From assembly GCA_965216875.1 (NCBI GenBank), contig OZ244207.1, positions 5,376,001 through 5,440,000 on the forward strand: DNA of 64,000 nucleotides. The letters are read 5' to 3'. Position 1 is the stretch's first letter; each line of letters begins with the position of its first letter. Positions 1-9,830 of the stretch are shown piece after piece. The position numbers were made by a program, and so were the translations under genes. Source of the stretch: Rubripirellula sp. (GTDB lineage: Bacteria > Planctomycetota > Planctomycetia > Pirellulales > Pirellulaceae). The notes under the pieces are model-generated. The model was not told the DNA's origin. It was given only the letters and a program-made list of their open reading frames with translations, and did not search any database.

Positions 1-996
1 GACGCATTTCTTCATGCGCCCGAGATCACTCAAGCACAACGACAACGTTTTGCGGAGCTTGACGATCACTTTCGCACACTTCCCGTCCATCGTTGGATCG
101 AGAACGCCTCGTTGTGGCTCGAGGTGTTGGGGCCAAAGGTGCCGTCAAGCTGGAGCGAGCAGTGGCCGGAACTGTCGCCTGAACTTCCGGCGCAATCGGT
201 GACGCGCGATGGCAACATGCTTCAACAGCTCGCCCGGACGATGCAGCGATTGCAATCACTCGAGCGATCGTTTGACGGGCGGCTCCACAAAAGCAAACTC
301 GGCGCGCTCAAACAACTTGCGTATGGATTGAGTCACGAGATCAATAATCCGCTCGCCAACATCTCCACACGTGCTCAGCAATTGCAGCGCACCGAGGAGG
401 ATGCGACGCGACACGCGATTTTGCAGCGGATTGTCGACCAGGTCTATCGCGCTCACGAGATGATCGCGGACTTGATGTTTTATGCAAACCCGCCCGCTGC
501 GACACGCCAGCGCTGTGATCTCAATGGCACGCTTGCTGAAGTCGCCGACAAATTCCGTGAGGAATCGGAGCGGCAAGCGATTCGATTGGAAGTCAAAGCA
601 CCAAGCCAGCCGACCATGGCCGTGATTGACGAAAGCATGATCGCCGAGGCGCTCTCGGCATTGGTGCGAAACTCGATCGACGCGATCGGTTGCGAAGGCA
701 CCATCGTCGTCTCGTTGGTTCGCCATGAAGCTGAATCCGTTGGCGATACCGATGCCGGCAGCGAGCGTGGTGGCCAAATCATGATCCATGTCGCTGACAG
801 TGGGCCGGGGTTATCAGATCACGCCCGCGCCCACGCATTTGATCCCTACTTCAGTGGTCGCGAAGCGGGTCGCGGGCTCGGTCTGGGACTGTGTCGCGCC
901 TACCGCATCGCCAAACTACATTTCGGCGACGTCACGCTCGCGGGCGGCCCCATCGGCTGCGTCGCAACGATCACGCTCAACGATTTCTCTCGGTAG
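1..996 (+). CDS. Sensor histidine kinase, C-terminal part (HisKA + HATPase_c); 5'-truncated by the window edge
   Basis: Frame is open from base 1. H-box LSHEINNPL, N-box LVRNSIDA, G1 DSGPG, F-box AFDPYFS, G2 GLGLGL. Confidence 0.9.
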   Translation, partial: DAFLHAPEITQAQRQRFAELDDHFRTLPVHRWIENASLWLEVLGPKVPSSWSEQWPELSPELPAQSVTRDGNMLQQLARTMQRLQSLERSFDGRLHKSKLGALKQLAYGLSHEINNPLANISTRAQQLQRTEEDATRHAILQRIVDQVYRAHEMIADLMFYANPPAATRQRCDLNGTLAEVADKFREESERQAIRLEVKAPSQPTMAVIDESMIAEALSALVRNSIDAIGCEGTIVVSLVRHEAESVGDTDAGSERGGQIMIHVADSGPGLSDHARAHAFDPYFSGREAGRGLGLGLCRAYRIAKLHFGDVTLAGGPIGCVATITLNDFSR

Positions 997-1000
997 GTCG

Positions 1001-1039
1001 GTAGGCCGGATCAAGGAGCGACAGCGACACAGATCCGGC
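1001..1039 (+). repeat. GTAG-type REP-like palindrome, family A, copy 1
   Basis: GTAGGCCGGATC-AAGGAGCGACAGCGACACA-GATCCGGC. Identical at 22584; one mismatch at 42452. Confidence 0.85.
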
Positions 1040-1107
1040 ATGATCCTAGAAAACCACGCGACGCGTGCCAAAGGGGGCCAAACCCTCAGCGGCTTTCTTG
1101 TTGACAA

Positions 1108-1264
1108 CAGATTGCAAGGGCCAAGGTTGCAAGGACCCAGATTGCCAGGGCCCGACGCTAGCGCGTTCGGCTCACTGAATGCGAGAAGATTCCGGCTAAA
1201 GCTCGGTACTACGAACTTGAGACCAGCGCTGTGCGAGGGCCCGACGCTAGCGCGTTCGGCTCAC
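1108..1264. repeat. Mixed repeat cluster: 3x imperfect 15-nt tandem, family B at 1147-1175 and 1236-1264, family C at 1183-1216
   Basis: AGGGCCCGACGCTAGCGCGTTCGGCTCAC occurs twice here and inverted at 19111-19137. GAGAAGATTCCGGCTAAAGCTCGGTACTACGAAC recurs at 42554, and partially at 42665 and (inverted) 12560. Confidence 0.85.
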
Positions 1265-1386
1265 GACCTCTCTGCGGAAGGCGACTATCGAAAAAGGATG
1301 GAATCCCCGATACTGTTGGGCTTGCTATTTCACCCCCAGCGTGGGGACCTTTTTCGACAACACTCAACCCGACAGACAGCTGCATC

Positions 1387-2892
1387 ATGCTCGATTCCGC
1401 GTCGGAACTGCTGCGACTCCAAGCAGACGGCGAAGCATCGGCGGTCGAAATCGCGACCAAGGCACTCGACGCCATCGAAGCGTCCGAGCCTTCGATCAAC
1501 GCCTTCACTCATATCGATCGCGAGCGTGCGATGGCGATGGCCGAAGCGGTCGACGCAAAACGCAAAGCGGGCCAGAAACTTGGTCCGCTCGCGGGTGTCC
1601 CGATCGCCGTCAAAGATGTCCTTTGTACCAAGGACATGCCAACGACCTGTTCGTCAAACATGCTTCGCAATTTCAACCCACCGTACGACGCGACGGTGAT
1701 CGAGAAGCTTCGTGATGCCGATGCCGTGATCGTTGGTAAAACGAACATGGACGAGTTCGCGATGGGTGCCAGTACCGAAACAAGCGCGTTCGGTGTGACC
1801 CGCAATCCATGGGATACCGACCGCACGCCGGGTGGCAGCAGCGGTGGCGCAGCAGCCTGTGTCGCATCGGGAAACGTCCCACTGAGCCTCGGCACCGACA
1901 CGGGTGGTTCGATTCGACAACCCTCGGCGTTCTGTGGCATCACCGGAATGAAACCAACCTACGGCCGAGTCAGCCGGTTCGGGTTGGTCGCGTTCGCAAG
2001 CAGCCTCGACCAAGTCGGCCCGATGGGATGGTCGGTCGAAGACGTCGCGCTCTTACTCGAGACGATCGCTGGCTTTGAGCCTCGTGATTCAACCTCGCTC
2101 GATGTCGACGTCCCAAGCTACACCTCCGCAATCCAAACCAATGATTTGCGTGGGATTCGAATCGGTGTGCTTCGCGAATCACTCGATACCGAAGGGGTCG
2201 ACGATTCGATCCGTAATGCAGTCCTTGAATCGATCGATGTTTACAAAAGTCTGGGCGCCGAAATCGTCGACGTCGATCTGCCTCATCGCGAGTACTGGGT
2301 GCCAACCTACTACGTGATCGCACCGAGTGAAGCGAGTAGCAACCTTTCACGCTACGACGGCGCTCACTACGGGCATCGCACCGCCGACCTCGATCGCCCC
2401 TGCGTCATCACAAAAAAGGGCGACGAAAACCACGGCCCGCTGGTCACCGCCTACTGCCGCAGCCGCGATGAAGGTTTCGGCGCCGAAGTGAAACGCCGCA
2501 TCATGGTCGGCACCTACGCGCTAAGTGAAGGGTACGCTGACCAATACTACAACCAAGCCTTGAAAGTCCGCCGGTTGATCAAGGGCGACTTCGATGCCGC
2601 CTTCAGTCAAGCCGACTTGTTGCTTGGCCCCGTCACTCCGACCCCAGCCTTCAAACTGGGTGAAAAGATCGACGACCCGATTCAAATGTTCCTTTGCGAC
2701 CTGTTCACTGTCGGCGCGAACCTGAGTGGGATCCCTGCGATCTCGCTGCCCGCTGGCGTGAACGAACAAGGTTTGCCCATCGGCATTCAACTGCAAGCAC
2801 CGGCGCTCGAAGAATCGCGATTGCTTTTTGCCGGCGCCGCCTATCAATCCAGCACTGACCATCACCAACGACGCCCGTCTGACAAGAAATAG
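1387..2892 (+). CDS. gatA: Asp-tRNA(Asn)/Glu-tRNA(Gln) amidotransferase subunit A
   Basis: Amidase signature GKTNMDEFAMG, GGSSGG, GTDTGGSIRQP, SSNLSRYDG. ATG at 1387 preferred because the longer ORF runs through repeats. Confidence 0.97.
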   Translation: MLDSASELLRLQADGEASAVEIATKALDAIEASEPSINAFTHIDRERAMAMAEAVDAKRKAGQKLGPLAGVPIAVKDVLCTKDMPTTCSSNMLRNFNPPYDATVIEKLRDADAVIVGKTNMDEFAMGASTETSAFGVTRNPWDTDRTPGGSSGGAAACVASGNVPLSLGTDTGGSIRQPSAFCGITGMKPTYGRVSRFGLVAFASSLDQVGPMGWSVEDVALLLETIAGFEPRDSTSLDVDVPSYTSAIQTNDLRGIRIGVLRESLDTEGVDDSIRNAVLESIDVYKSLGAEIVDVDLPHREYWVPTYYVIAPSEASSNLSRYDGAHYGHRTADLDRPCVITKKGDENHGPLVTAYCRSRDEGFGAEVKRRIMVGTYALSEGYADQYYNQALKVRRLIKGDFDAAFSQADLLLGPVTPTPAFKLGEKIDDPIQMFLCDLFTVGANLSGIPAISLPAGVNEQGLPIGIQLQAPALEESRLLFAGAAYQSSTDHHQRRPSDKK

Positions 2893-2901
2893 TTTGCTCT
2901 C

Positions 2902-4380
2902 ATGACCACTGCAGCTCCAACTACGGAAACGATCATCGGTCTTGAAGTGCACGTGCAACTGAAGACCGCTACCAAACTCTTTTGCGGATGCAGCACCAAG
3001 TTTGGCGCTCCGCCAAACACTCAGGTGTGCCCCGTCTGTTTGGGCCTCCCCGGTGCGCTTCCTGTGCTAAACGAAGGCGCGATCGACCTTGCCATTCGCA
3101 CCGGATTGGCAATCAACTGCTCGATTCCACCGCTAACCAAGTGGGACCGCAAGCAGTACTTCTATCCCGACCTACCGAAGGGATATCAGATCTCGCAGTT
3201 CGACCTGCCAATCTGCGCGGATGGCTATTTGGACATCGCCGATCCAGAAGACCCCGACCAAACACGTCGCATCGGAATCACTCGAGCACACCTCGAAGAA
3301 GATGCGGGCAAAAGCATGCACGACGAAACCGCAGGCGTTGCCGAATCACGCATCGACCTGAACCGTTGCGGCACACCTCTGCTTGAAATCGTTAGTGAAC
3401 CTGACATGCGTTCGCCTGCCGAAGCGCAAGCCTATTTGACGAAGCTGAAAGCGCTGCTGACTCACATGGATGTTTCCGATTGCGAAATGCAAGAAGGCAG
3501 CTTGCGTGTCGATGCAAACGTGAACCTGCACATTCACAAAGATGGCGCGAAAATTGCCACGCCGATCGCTGAAATCAAAAACATGAACAGCTTCCGTGCT
3601 GTGGAAGCCGCACTCCACCACGAAGTCGACCGTCAATTCGATGAATGGGAAAAGACGGGTCGAACCATCAAGGACGATCCCAAGACGACACGCGGTTGGG
3701 ACGAAGCGAAAGAGGAAACCTTCCTGCAACGCACGAAAGAAGAATCGGCTGACTATCGATACTTTCCCGATCCCGACTTGTTGCCCGTTCGCATCCCGAC
3801 CGAACGTGTCGACAGAATCCGAGCAACTTTGGGCGAGTCTCCCGAAGCAACACGCGAAAGATTTCAGTCGCAATTTGGCATCAAGGCTTACGACGCTGAT
3901 GTGATTGTGACGCAGGGGCGCGCCATGATCGACTACTTCGAAACGGTGGTCGAAGTGTGCGGGGATGGCAAACGAGCCAGTTCGTGGATCCAGCAAGATG
4001 TGATGCGGACGATCAACGATCGCCAAATCGACATCGCCGATTTTCCCGTACCTGCTGACCAATTGGGTGACCTGCTCAAGCGAGTCGCCGGCGGTGATTT
4101 GGACAACGCTCGGGCGCGTGACGTCTTGGCACACATGCTGGACAATCCCACCACCGTCGAAGCAGCGATCAAGACGCTTGGTATCGAATCGGTCGGCGGT
4201 GACGAGTTGGAAACGTTGTGTCAAGAATTGCTCGACGCCAACCCGAAAGTGGTTGAAGACGTCCAGGGTGGCAAAATGCAAGCGGTCGGAGCCCTCATCG
4301 GCCAAGCTCGTAAGAAGAACCCGAACGCAAACCCGCAACAGGTTCGCGAAACGTTGTTGCGACTGATTCAATCCGCATAG
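2902..4380 (+). CDS. gatB: Asp-tRNA(Asn)/Glu-tRNA(Gln) amidotransferase subunit B
   Basis: IGLEVHVQL, YFYPDLPKGYQISQ, HLEEDAGK, DYRYFPDPDL. Confidence 0.98.
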   Translation: MTTAAPTTETIIGLEVHVQLKTATKLFCGCSTKFGAPPNTQVCPVCLGLPGALPVLNEGAIDLAIRTGLAINCSIPPLTKWDRKQYFYPDLPKGYQISQFDLPICADGYLDIADPEDPDQTRRIGITRAHLEEDAGKSMHDETAGVAESRIDLNRCGTPLLEIVSEPDMRSPAEAQAYLTKLKALLTHMDVSDCEMQEGSLRVDANVNLHIHKDGAKIATPIAEIKNMNSFRAVEAALHHEVDRQFDEWEKTGRTIKDDPKTTRGWDEAKEETFLQRTKEESADYRYFPDPDLLPVRIPTERVDRIRATLGESPEATRERFQSQFGIKAYDADVIVTQGRAMIDYFETVVEVCGDGKRASSWIQQDVMRTINDRQIDIADFPVPADQLGDLLKRVAGGDLDNARARDVLAHMLDNPTTVEAAIKTLGIESVGGDELETLCQELLDANPKVVEDVQGGKMQAVGALIGQARKKNPNANPQQVRETLLRLIQSA

Positions 4381-4432
4381 CGTCCCGCTCGGTCGCCGTT
4401 CGGATCAAACATGCAGGAAGTCTGCATCAAGG

Positions 4433-4930
4433 ATGCCTCGGATGGCTGACGCTTCGAACGACCAACCCAAACGCCCCGACTATTTCTTTGGCACGATCTG
4501 CGCGCTCGTGGTCGTCATCGTCGTTTGGTTGCTGCTGATGCCGATCGTGCCTGCGATCGCCAAATCAACGCTGCGGCGTTTTCACCTACGCACTGAGTCC
4601 TTCGGCGTTTGGGCGATTCAACAGCCGATTCCTTCGATGTACAACTTCGCCAATCGCTACGAAGTTCGCCGCGTGCCGCCCGATTTTGAAGCGGCTGGAT
4701 TCTTCCAGCCCATCATCGAAGAAGATCATCGTCGCTACGTGAATCATTTCCCGACGCGGATCTTCACCTTCGCCAACACGCGCGGGTACTACCTCAACTT
4801 CAATGAAGATCGGTGGTTGCACATTGATTCAACGTACCGCGGCCAAACGATCCAGACGGTGATCCATGCCAAGCAGCGCGACGATGGTGGTTTCGACTTG
4901 GTCTTTTCGGACGGGGAAGCATCGAAATGA
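4433..4930 (+). CDS. Hypothetical protein with an N-terminal TM anchor
   Basis: 165-aa ORF with one hydrophobic helix; ATGA overlap with the next gene. Confidence 0.75.
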   Translation: MPRMADASNDQPKRPDYFFGTICALVVVIVVWLLLMPIVPAIAKSTLRRFHLRTESFGVWAIQQPIPSMYNFANRYEVRRVPPDFEAAGFFQPIIEEDHRRYVNHFPTRIFTFANTRGYYLNFNEDRWLHIDSTYRGQTIQTVIHAKQRDDGGFDLVFSDGEASK

Positions 4931-5781
4931 GCGCCCCCGAAGAATCGATTGACCAGGAAACGCCGATCTGGCAACGACCGATCAACCGTCTGATGATCGC
5001 TCACCGCGTCGTCCAACTAGGCATCCTGTTGACGCTCGTTTGGAAGTGGGGCTACTTCGTCGACTCGAGTGACATCTACGAAGCGATCCCGCTGCACGAT
5101 ACGTTCTTTCCGACTTGGTTGCAGTCGATTTGGGTGTTGCGAATCAGTTTTTTGGGAACGGTCATCGCCCTGGCGGTCAATCTGTTCGTCGGTGATCGCT
5201 GGTTCCAAAAAGCATGTTGCCTGCTAACACTCATCGGGACATCGATCCTGTGTCTGCACCAATGCAGCTACAACGACATGACCTTTGTCACAGCATGGTG
5301 GGCCAGTCTGTGGGCGTTTTGGTTCGTGTTACGAATCGACATCGATGACGAAGATCATTTGTTGCGACGGAGTGCATTCCTTAGTCGGCTGATCATCTCC
5401 ATGATCCTACTTGGCGGAGGAATGGGTAAATGGACCGCCGAATATTGGTCGGGGGAAGTCTTTTATGACATCTACTTCCTCGACCGTGATTTCTGGGTCT
5501 TCAATTACTTGCGAGAGAACTTCGAGGCCGAGCAGTTGCGGACGATGTCGATGTGGTACAGCCGCAAAGTGGTGGTGCTCGAGACAGTTGCCGGACTCAC
5601 ACTCTGGCTGCTGCCACCAAAGTGGGCCGCCGCCACCGCCGTCACCATCCTGATGGGCATCGCGCTACTCTCCAACTTCCTCCTCTTCTCCGTCCTCAAC
5701 GCCCTCATCGGATTGGCATTGGTCGGGTTCTTGGTGCAGAAGAAGGGAACCACGAATCAAACGAATCGCACGAATAGCTAA
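4927..5781 (+). CDS. Polytopic membrane protein, HTTM-like
   Basis: About 7 hydrophobic helices. ISMILLGGGMGKWTAEYWSGE resembles the HTTM G..K....W.SG motif. Confidence 0.6.
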   Translation: MSAPEESIDQETPIWQRPINRLMIAHRVVQLGILLTLVWKWGYFVDSSDIYEAIPLHDTFFPTWLQSIWVLRISFLGTVIALAVNLFVGDRWFQKACCLLTLIGTSILCLHQCSYNDMTFVTAWWASLWAFWFVLRIDIDDEDHLLRRSAFLSRLIISMILLGGGMGKWTAEYWSGEVFYDIYFLDRDFWVFNYLRENFEAEQLRTMSMWYSRKVVVLETVAGLTLWLLPPKWAAATAVTILMGIALLSNFLLFSVLNALIGLALVGFLVQKKGTTNQTNRTNS

Positions 5782-6342
5782 TTGCTATCAATCGTTCGAA
5801 TTGGTTTTTCGTGGTTCATATCTACTCATACGGGAACCATCACCCCAAAATTGGTCATGTCATTGACACGAACAAAGGGGCAATCGATGACCAACATTCT
5901 TTACAAAGAAGAAAGCTACGCGATTATCGGCGGCTGTTTCGAAGTCTACAACGAAATGGGCAGCGGCTATCTCGAAGCCGTGTATCACGAGTGCCTTCGG
6001 CTCGAGTTCTTTTCTCGACGAGTCCCGTTTGAGTCAAAGCTACGACTCAACTTGCGTTACAAGTCTCAGGCTCTCGAGTCGTACTACATTCCTGACTTTG
6101 CCTGTTACGATCAGATCATTCTTGAGATCAAGGCGCAATCGGGGCTGACTGATATCGACCGCGCTCAAATCCACAACTACTTGAAAGGAACGGGAGCCCG
6201 GCTAGGGTTACTCGTCAACTTTGGTTCTCACCCGAAGCTGCAATATGAGCGAATCGTACGGTAGGTAGAAGACGCGACGAGTCAAACGAATAACACGAAT
6301 CGATCAACTCATTCGTTCAATTCGTGTGATTCGTGGTTCCCT
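5744..6342. mobile_element. Putative inverted-repeat-bounded GxxExxY cassette
   Basis: 32-bp inverted repeats at 5744-5775 and 6311-6342 (3 mismatches) enclose a single gene. Confidence 0.55.
5887..6264 (+). CDS. GxxExxY protein (PD-(D/E)xK nuclease-like)
   Basis: GYLEAVY motif, YIPDF..IILEIK, AQIHNYLKGTG..LGLLVNFG. Confidence 0.92.
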   Translation: MTNILYKEESYAIIGGCFEVYNEMGSGYLEAVYHECLRLEFFSRRVPFESKLRLNLRYKSQALESYYIPDFACYDQIILEIKAQSGLTDIDRAQIHNYLKGTGARLGLLVNFGSHPKLQYERIVR

Positions 6343-6353
6343 CGCTCCGCTTT

Positions 6354-6941
6354 CTAAAGCACGCCTTTGGTGCTTGGTACGGCGTCGCTTCGCGGGTCGC
6401 TTTCGGCGGCCATTCGGATTGCTCGGGCGAGTGCCTTGAAGACACATTCCGAGATGTGGTGCGCGTTGCGTCCGTGGTGGAGGACGACGTGCACGTTGGA
6501 CATCGAGTTGGCTGCGAAGGATTGCCAAAAGTGCTCGACAAGTTCGCTATCGAACGTGCCGATCTTTGCGGGACCAATCGGTGCGTGATACTCAAACGCG
6601 TAGCGTCCGCCGAGGTCAACCGCGGCGGTCACGAGGCATTCATCCATCGGCAAGGTAAAGTGCCCGTAGCGACGAATCCCAGCTCGGTCGCCAAGTGCCT
6701 CGAGGACTGCTTGACCGAGCGCAATGCCGATGTCTTCGGTGGTGTGGTGATCATCAACGTGCAAATCGCCGACCGCTTTGACGTCGAGGTCAATCAGTGC
6801 GTGTTTGGCCAACAGATCGAGCATGTGGTCGAGGAACCCGATGCCTGAATCGCGTTTGCCGTTTCCTTGACCATCCAGATTGACGGTCAATTGAATGTCA
6901 GTCTCGCCAGTCTTTCGATTGATCGTTGCAGATCGCGTCAT
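6354..6941 (-). CDS. hisB: Imidazoleglycerol-phosphate dehydratase
   Basis: GFLDHML, DDHHTTED, GRNAHHISE. Confidence 0.97.
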   Translation of the reverse strand: MTRSATINRKTGETDIQLTVNLDGQGNGKRDSGIGFLDHMLDLLAKHALIDLDVKAVGDLHVDDHHTTEDIGIALGQAVLEALGDRAGIRRYGHFTLPMDECLVTAAVDLGGRYAFEYHAPIGPAKIGTFDSELVEHFWQSFAANSMSNVHVVLHHGRNAHHISECVFKALARAIRMAAESDPRSDAVPSTKGVL

Positions 6942-6973
6942 GAGGGAATTATCGATTGCGTGAAGTGTGCAGG

Positions 6974-8065
6974 TTACTTGAGCGCTGATTCGATCATCAG
7001 CAGGCAGGCATCGATCTGGTCGTCGGTCCCAACGGAAATCCGCAGACCATCGCCCCAGTCGGGGAATTTCATATATCGAACCAAAATCTGGTTCGCCTTC
7101 AACGATTCGTAGATCGCTTCATGATTGCCATTGGGATGCTGGCACCAAACAAAGTTAGCGTGCGATGGCGTGACGTCAAAACCTAGTTTGCTTAAACCGC
7201 TCGCCAAGCGATCTCGCGTCGCATTCATCTTTTGCCGAACATCGGCAAGCCAAGTCTGGCAGCCCATCGCGGCTGTTGCGGCAGCGATCGAGATCCCATC
7301 GCAGTTGTAGCTGTCCTTGATCTTGGCAAGCTCGGCGACCACATGCGGCTGGGCGACTAAGAAACCAAAACGAATCCCCGCGAGTCCGTACGACTTGCTG
7401 AGCGTTCGCGTCACCATCACCCGCTCGTTCTGCTTGACCAGATCGAGGCAGTTTTCTTCAGCAAAGTCGACGTAGGCTTCGTCCACAACAAGCGGGCAGG
7501 TCAATCGATCGGCGACCTGAGCCACTTCGTCGGGCGGCACGATCGTTCCACTGGGACTGTTTGGATTGGGCAGCAACACCAACCGTACATCCTCGTCCGC
7601 TTCGCCGAATGCCTGCGGTAGTTTCCAGCCAGGTTCAAACTCAACCTGCTCCCAGCCCGCACCCTGAATGTCGGCAAGGGTTCGGTAGAGAATGTAACTG
7701 GGGTAGGGCAGCCTTAGCCGTTTGCCTTCGCCGACAAACCCGCGCACAAGGATCGTCAGGATTTCATCGCTTCCGTTGCCAGCCAAAATCCATTCCGGGC
7801 CTGGCAAACCGAGCGTCTCGGCGGCCTGATGCCGAAAGGCGGTTGCGACAGGATCGGGGTAGCGGTTGAGCGGCCCGGCGGCTGCGTCGCGAATCGCCGC
7901 GACCACTTCGGGCGGCGGCGGGTAAGGGTTTTCGTTCGTATTCAGCTTGATGAACTTGCCCGGCGGCGGTTGTTCACCGGGCGCGTAGGCAAGCATCTTG
8001 GAAAGCGCCGGGCGCATCAATTCACGCATCGAAGGCGCTGCTGGTTTTTCTTCAGACGTGGTCAA
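6974..8065 (-). CDS. hisC: Histidinol-phosphate aminotransferase
   Basis: KLNTNENPY, GNGSDE, DEAYVDF, RTLSKSYGLAGIR; lies between hisD and hisB. Confidence 0.96.
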   Translation of the reverse strand: MTTSEEKPAAPSMRELMRPALSKMLAYAPGEQPPPGKFIKLNTNENPYPPPPEVVAAIRDAAAGPLNRYPDPVATAFRHQAAETLGLPGPEWILAGNGSDEILTILVRGFVGEGKRLRLPYPSYILYRTLADIQGAGWEQVEFEPGWKLPQAFGEADEDVRLVLLPNPNSPSGTIVPPDEVAQVADRLTCPLVVDEAYVDFAEENCLDLVKQNERVMVTRTLSKSYGLAGIRFGFLVAQPHVVAELAKIKDSYNCDGISIAAATAAMGCQTWLADVRQKMNATRDRLASGLSKLGFDVTPSHANFVWCQHPNGNHEAIYESLKANQILVRYMKFPDWGDGLRISVGTDDQIDACLLMIESALK

Positions 8066-8095
8066 CGGAAACTACTCGAAACAAACGTTGTTCGG

Positions 8096-9463
8096 TTACG
8101 AAGTACGGATCGAAACGCTGCGTGCGTGTGCGGTCAGCCCTTCCTTTTCAGCCAGCCGCTCGACATCGACCGCAATCTCATTCAAGGCGGCCTCGTCAAA
8201 CTGCGTCACGCTGCCGCTACGCAAAAAACTGTTGCTCGACAATCCAGCCGCCCAAGTACAGGTGCCGCCGGTCGGCAACACGTGACTCGGTCCCGCCGCG
8301 TAGTCGCCGAGCGCCACCGGAGTGTGATGCCCGAGAAACGCCGCGCCGCTGTTGCGAATCCTTTCGATCTGCGAGTTGGGGTTTTCAGTTTCAATGTGCA
8401 AGTGTTCGGGAGCAAACTGGTCAGTCAACTCGCATGCGTGGGCTTCGTCTCGAACAAGAATCAACGCACCAAACGCTTCCAAACTTTCAACCGTCAAATC
8501 ACTCCTTTCGAGCTGGGCAACTTGCTTGACCAGTTCGTCGTAGACCGCGTCGATGACCGAAGGTTCCCAGGTGATCAGAATCGCTGAACCGGGTGAGTGT
8601 TCGGCTTGGGCCAACAGGTCGGCGGCGATGAAGTCGGCTCGCGATGTCTTGTCGGCGATCACAATCACTTCGCTTGGGCCGGCGAACGAATCGATATCGA
8701 CCGTTCCATAAACAAGCTTCTTTGCCAACGCGACAAACAGGTTGCCTGGTCCGACGATCTTGTCGACCGCAGGAACTGCGTCGCATCCGTAAGCCATCGC
8801 GGCAACCGCTTGGGCGCCACCCATTCGATAGACTTCCGTCACGCCAAGCTCGTGACAGGTGGCCAGCATGTCGGTGTTGTAGGCACCAAAGGGTGTCGGC
8901 GGCGCAACCACGGCGATCTCTTTGACACCGGCTACTTGTGCGGGGACGACCGTCATCAACACAGTCGATGGATAGGCGGCCGCTCCGCCGGGGACACACA
9001 CACCGACGCGGCGCAGTGGCAGGTATCGCTGGGTGAGCGTGACGCCAGGTTTTGGGTTGATCGTGACGTCTTGGTGCAAAATCGCTTTTTGGAATTCCGC
9101 GACATTGTCACGAATGCGACGAATCGATTCGATCAATTGGGGATCAGCCTGCGCGTGCGCCGCTGCGAGGTCTTCGGCGGGGACTCGCAACTGTTCGGCA
9201 GCCAGATCGGCTTTGTCGAGCGCTTTGCTGTAGCGGAGCAGGGCAGGGGTGCCGTCGCGGCGAACGTCATCGCAGATCGTGTCGACCACTTCGACGGGCG
9301 TGAGAGGTTTCCCGAACACTTCTTCGGTCAACGCACGCCCACGCGGGCTAACAACGTCTCCGGCAGGGCTCAGTTTTCGACGCAGCTCGTCAAGGATATC
9401 GGCTGATCCGGAAGTCGCATCGACCCGTTGGATCTGTAAAGCTTGGGAGGGGGTAGAGGACAT
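8096..9463 (-). CDS. hisD: Histidinol dehydrogenase
   Basis: VPGGAAAYPSTVLM, GPGNLFV, AGPSE, LAQAEH, APEHL, GDYAAGPSHVLPT. Confidence 0.97.
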   Translation of the reverse strand: MSSTPSQALQIQRVDATSGSADILDELRRKLSPAGDVVSPRGRALTEEVFGKPLTPVEVVDTICDDVRRDGTPALLRYSKALDKADLAAEQLRVPAEDLAAAHAQADPQLIESIRRIRDNVAEFQKAILHQDVTINPKPGVTLTQRYLPLRRVGVCVPGGAAAYPSTVLMTVVPAQVAGVKEIAVVAPPTPFGAYNTDMLATCHELGVTEVYRMGGAQAVAAMAYGCDAVPAVDKIVGPGNLFVALAKKLVYGTVDIDSFAGPSEVIVIADKTSRADFIAADLLAQAEHSPGSAILITWEPSVIDAVYDELVKQVAQLERSDLTVESLEAFGALILVRDEAHACELTDQFAPEHLHIETENPNSQIERIRNSGAAFLGHHTPVALGDYAAGPSHVLPTGGTCTWAAGLSSNSFLRSGSVTQFDEAALNEIAVDVERLAEKEGLTAHARSVSIRTS

Positions 9464-9830
9464 CGTTGGTTCGTGTGACGGTTGGTCGATCAAGTCCAAG
9501 ACGCTGGCGGCCTTTCCACGCGGGTGGCCAGCGTCATCTCAGTCAATCGGCGAGGCATGGACGAAGCCGACAACTGGGGCTCCTTATCATAAGCCGATAC
9601 AATATTTTCGTTACCCGGTAAGGGGTAATTCGTTGGCGGATGGCGGACTTTCACCCACCAACCGATCACAGATGCCCCATGCTGGCCCGATTCAGCCGGT
9701 TGTGCCGGAATCACCGGATGCGGGAATGGCCAGCGTCGGATGGTTTCGGACCTGATGGTTTGGGGCCTGATGATTGGGCTCCAGGTCGTTGGGGCCAGAA
9801 TTCGAGAACTGCAAGATCACAGAAGGACCC

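Noticed and set aside
1231..1386. Longer gatA start or a hidden gatC
   Set aside because: The extension begins in a repeat and no GatC-like ORF is visible; gatC is presumably elsewhere.
9749..9799. Weak 15-nt periodicity upstream of ltaE
   Set aside because: Too degenerate and too short to support a call.
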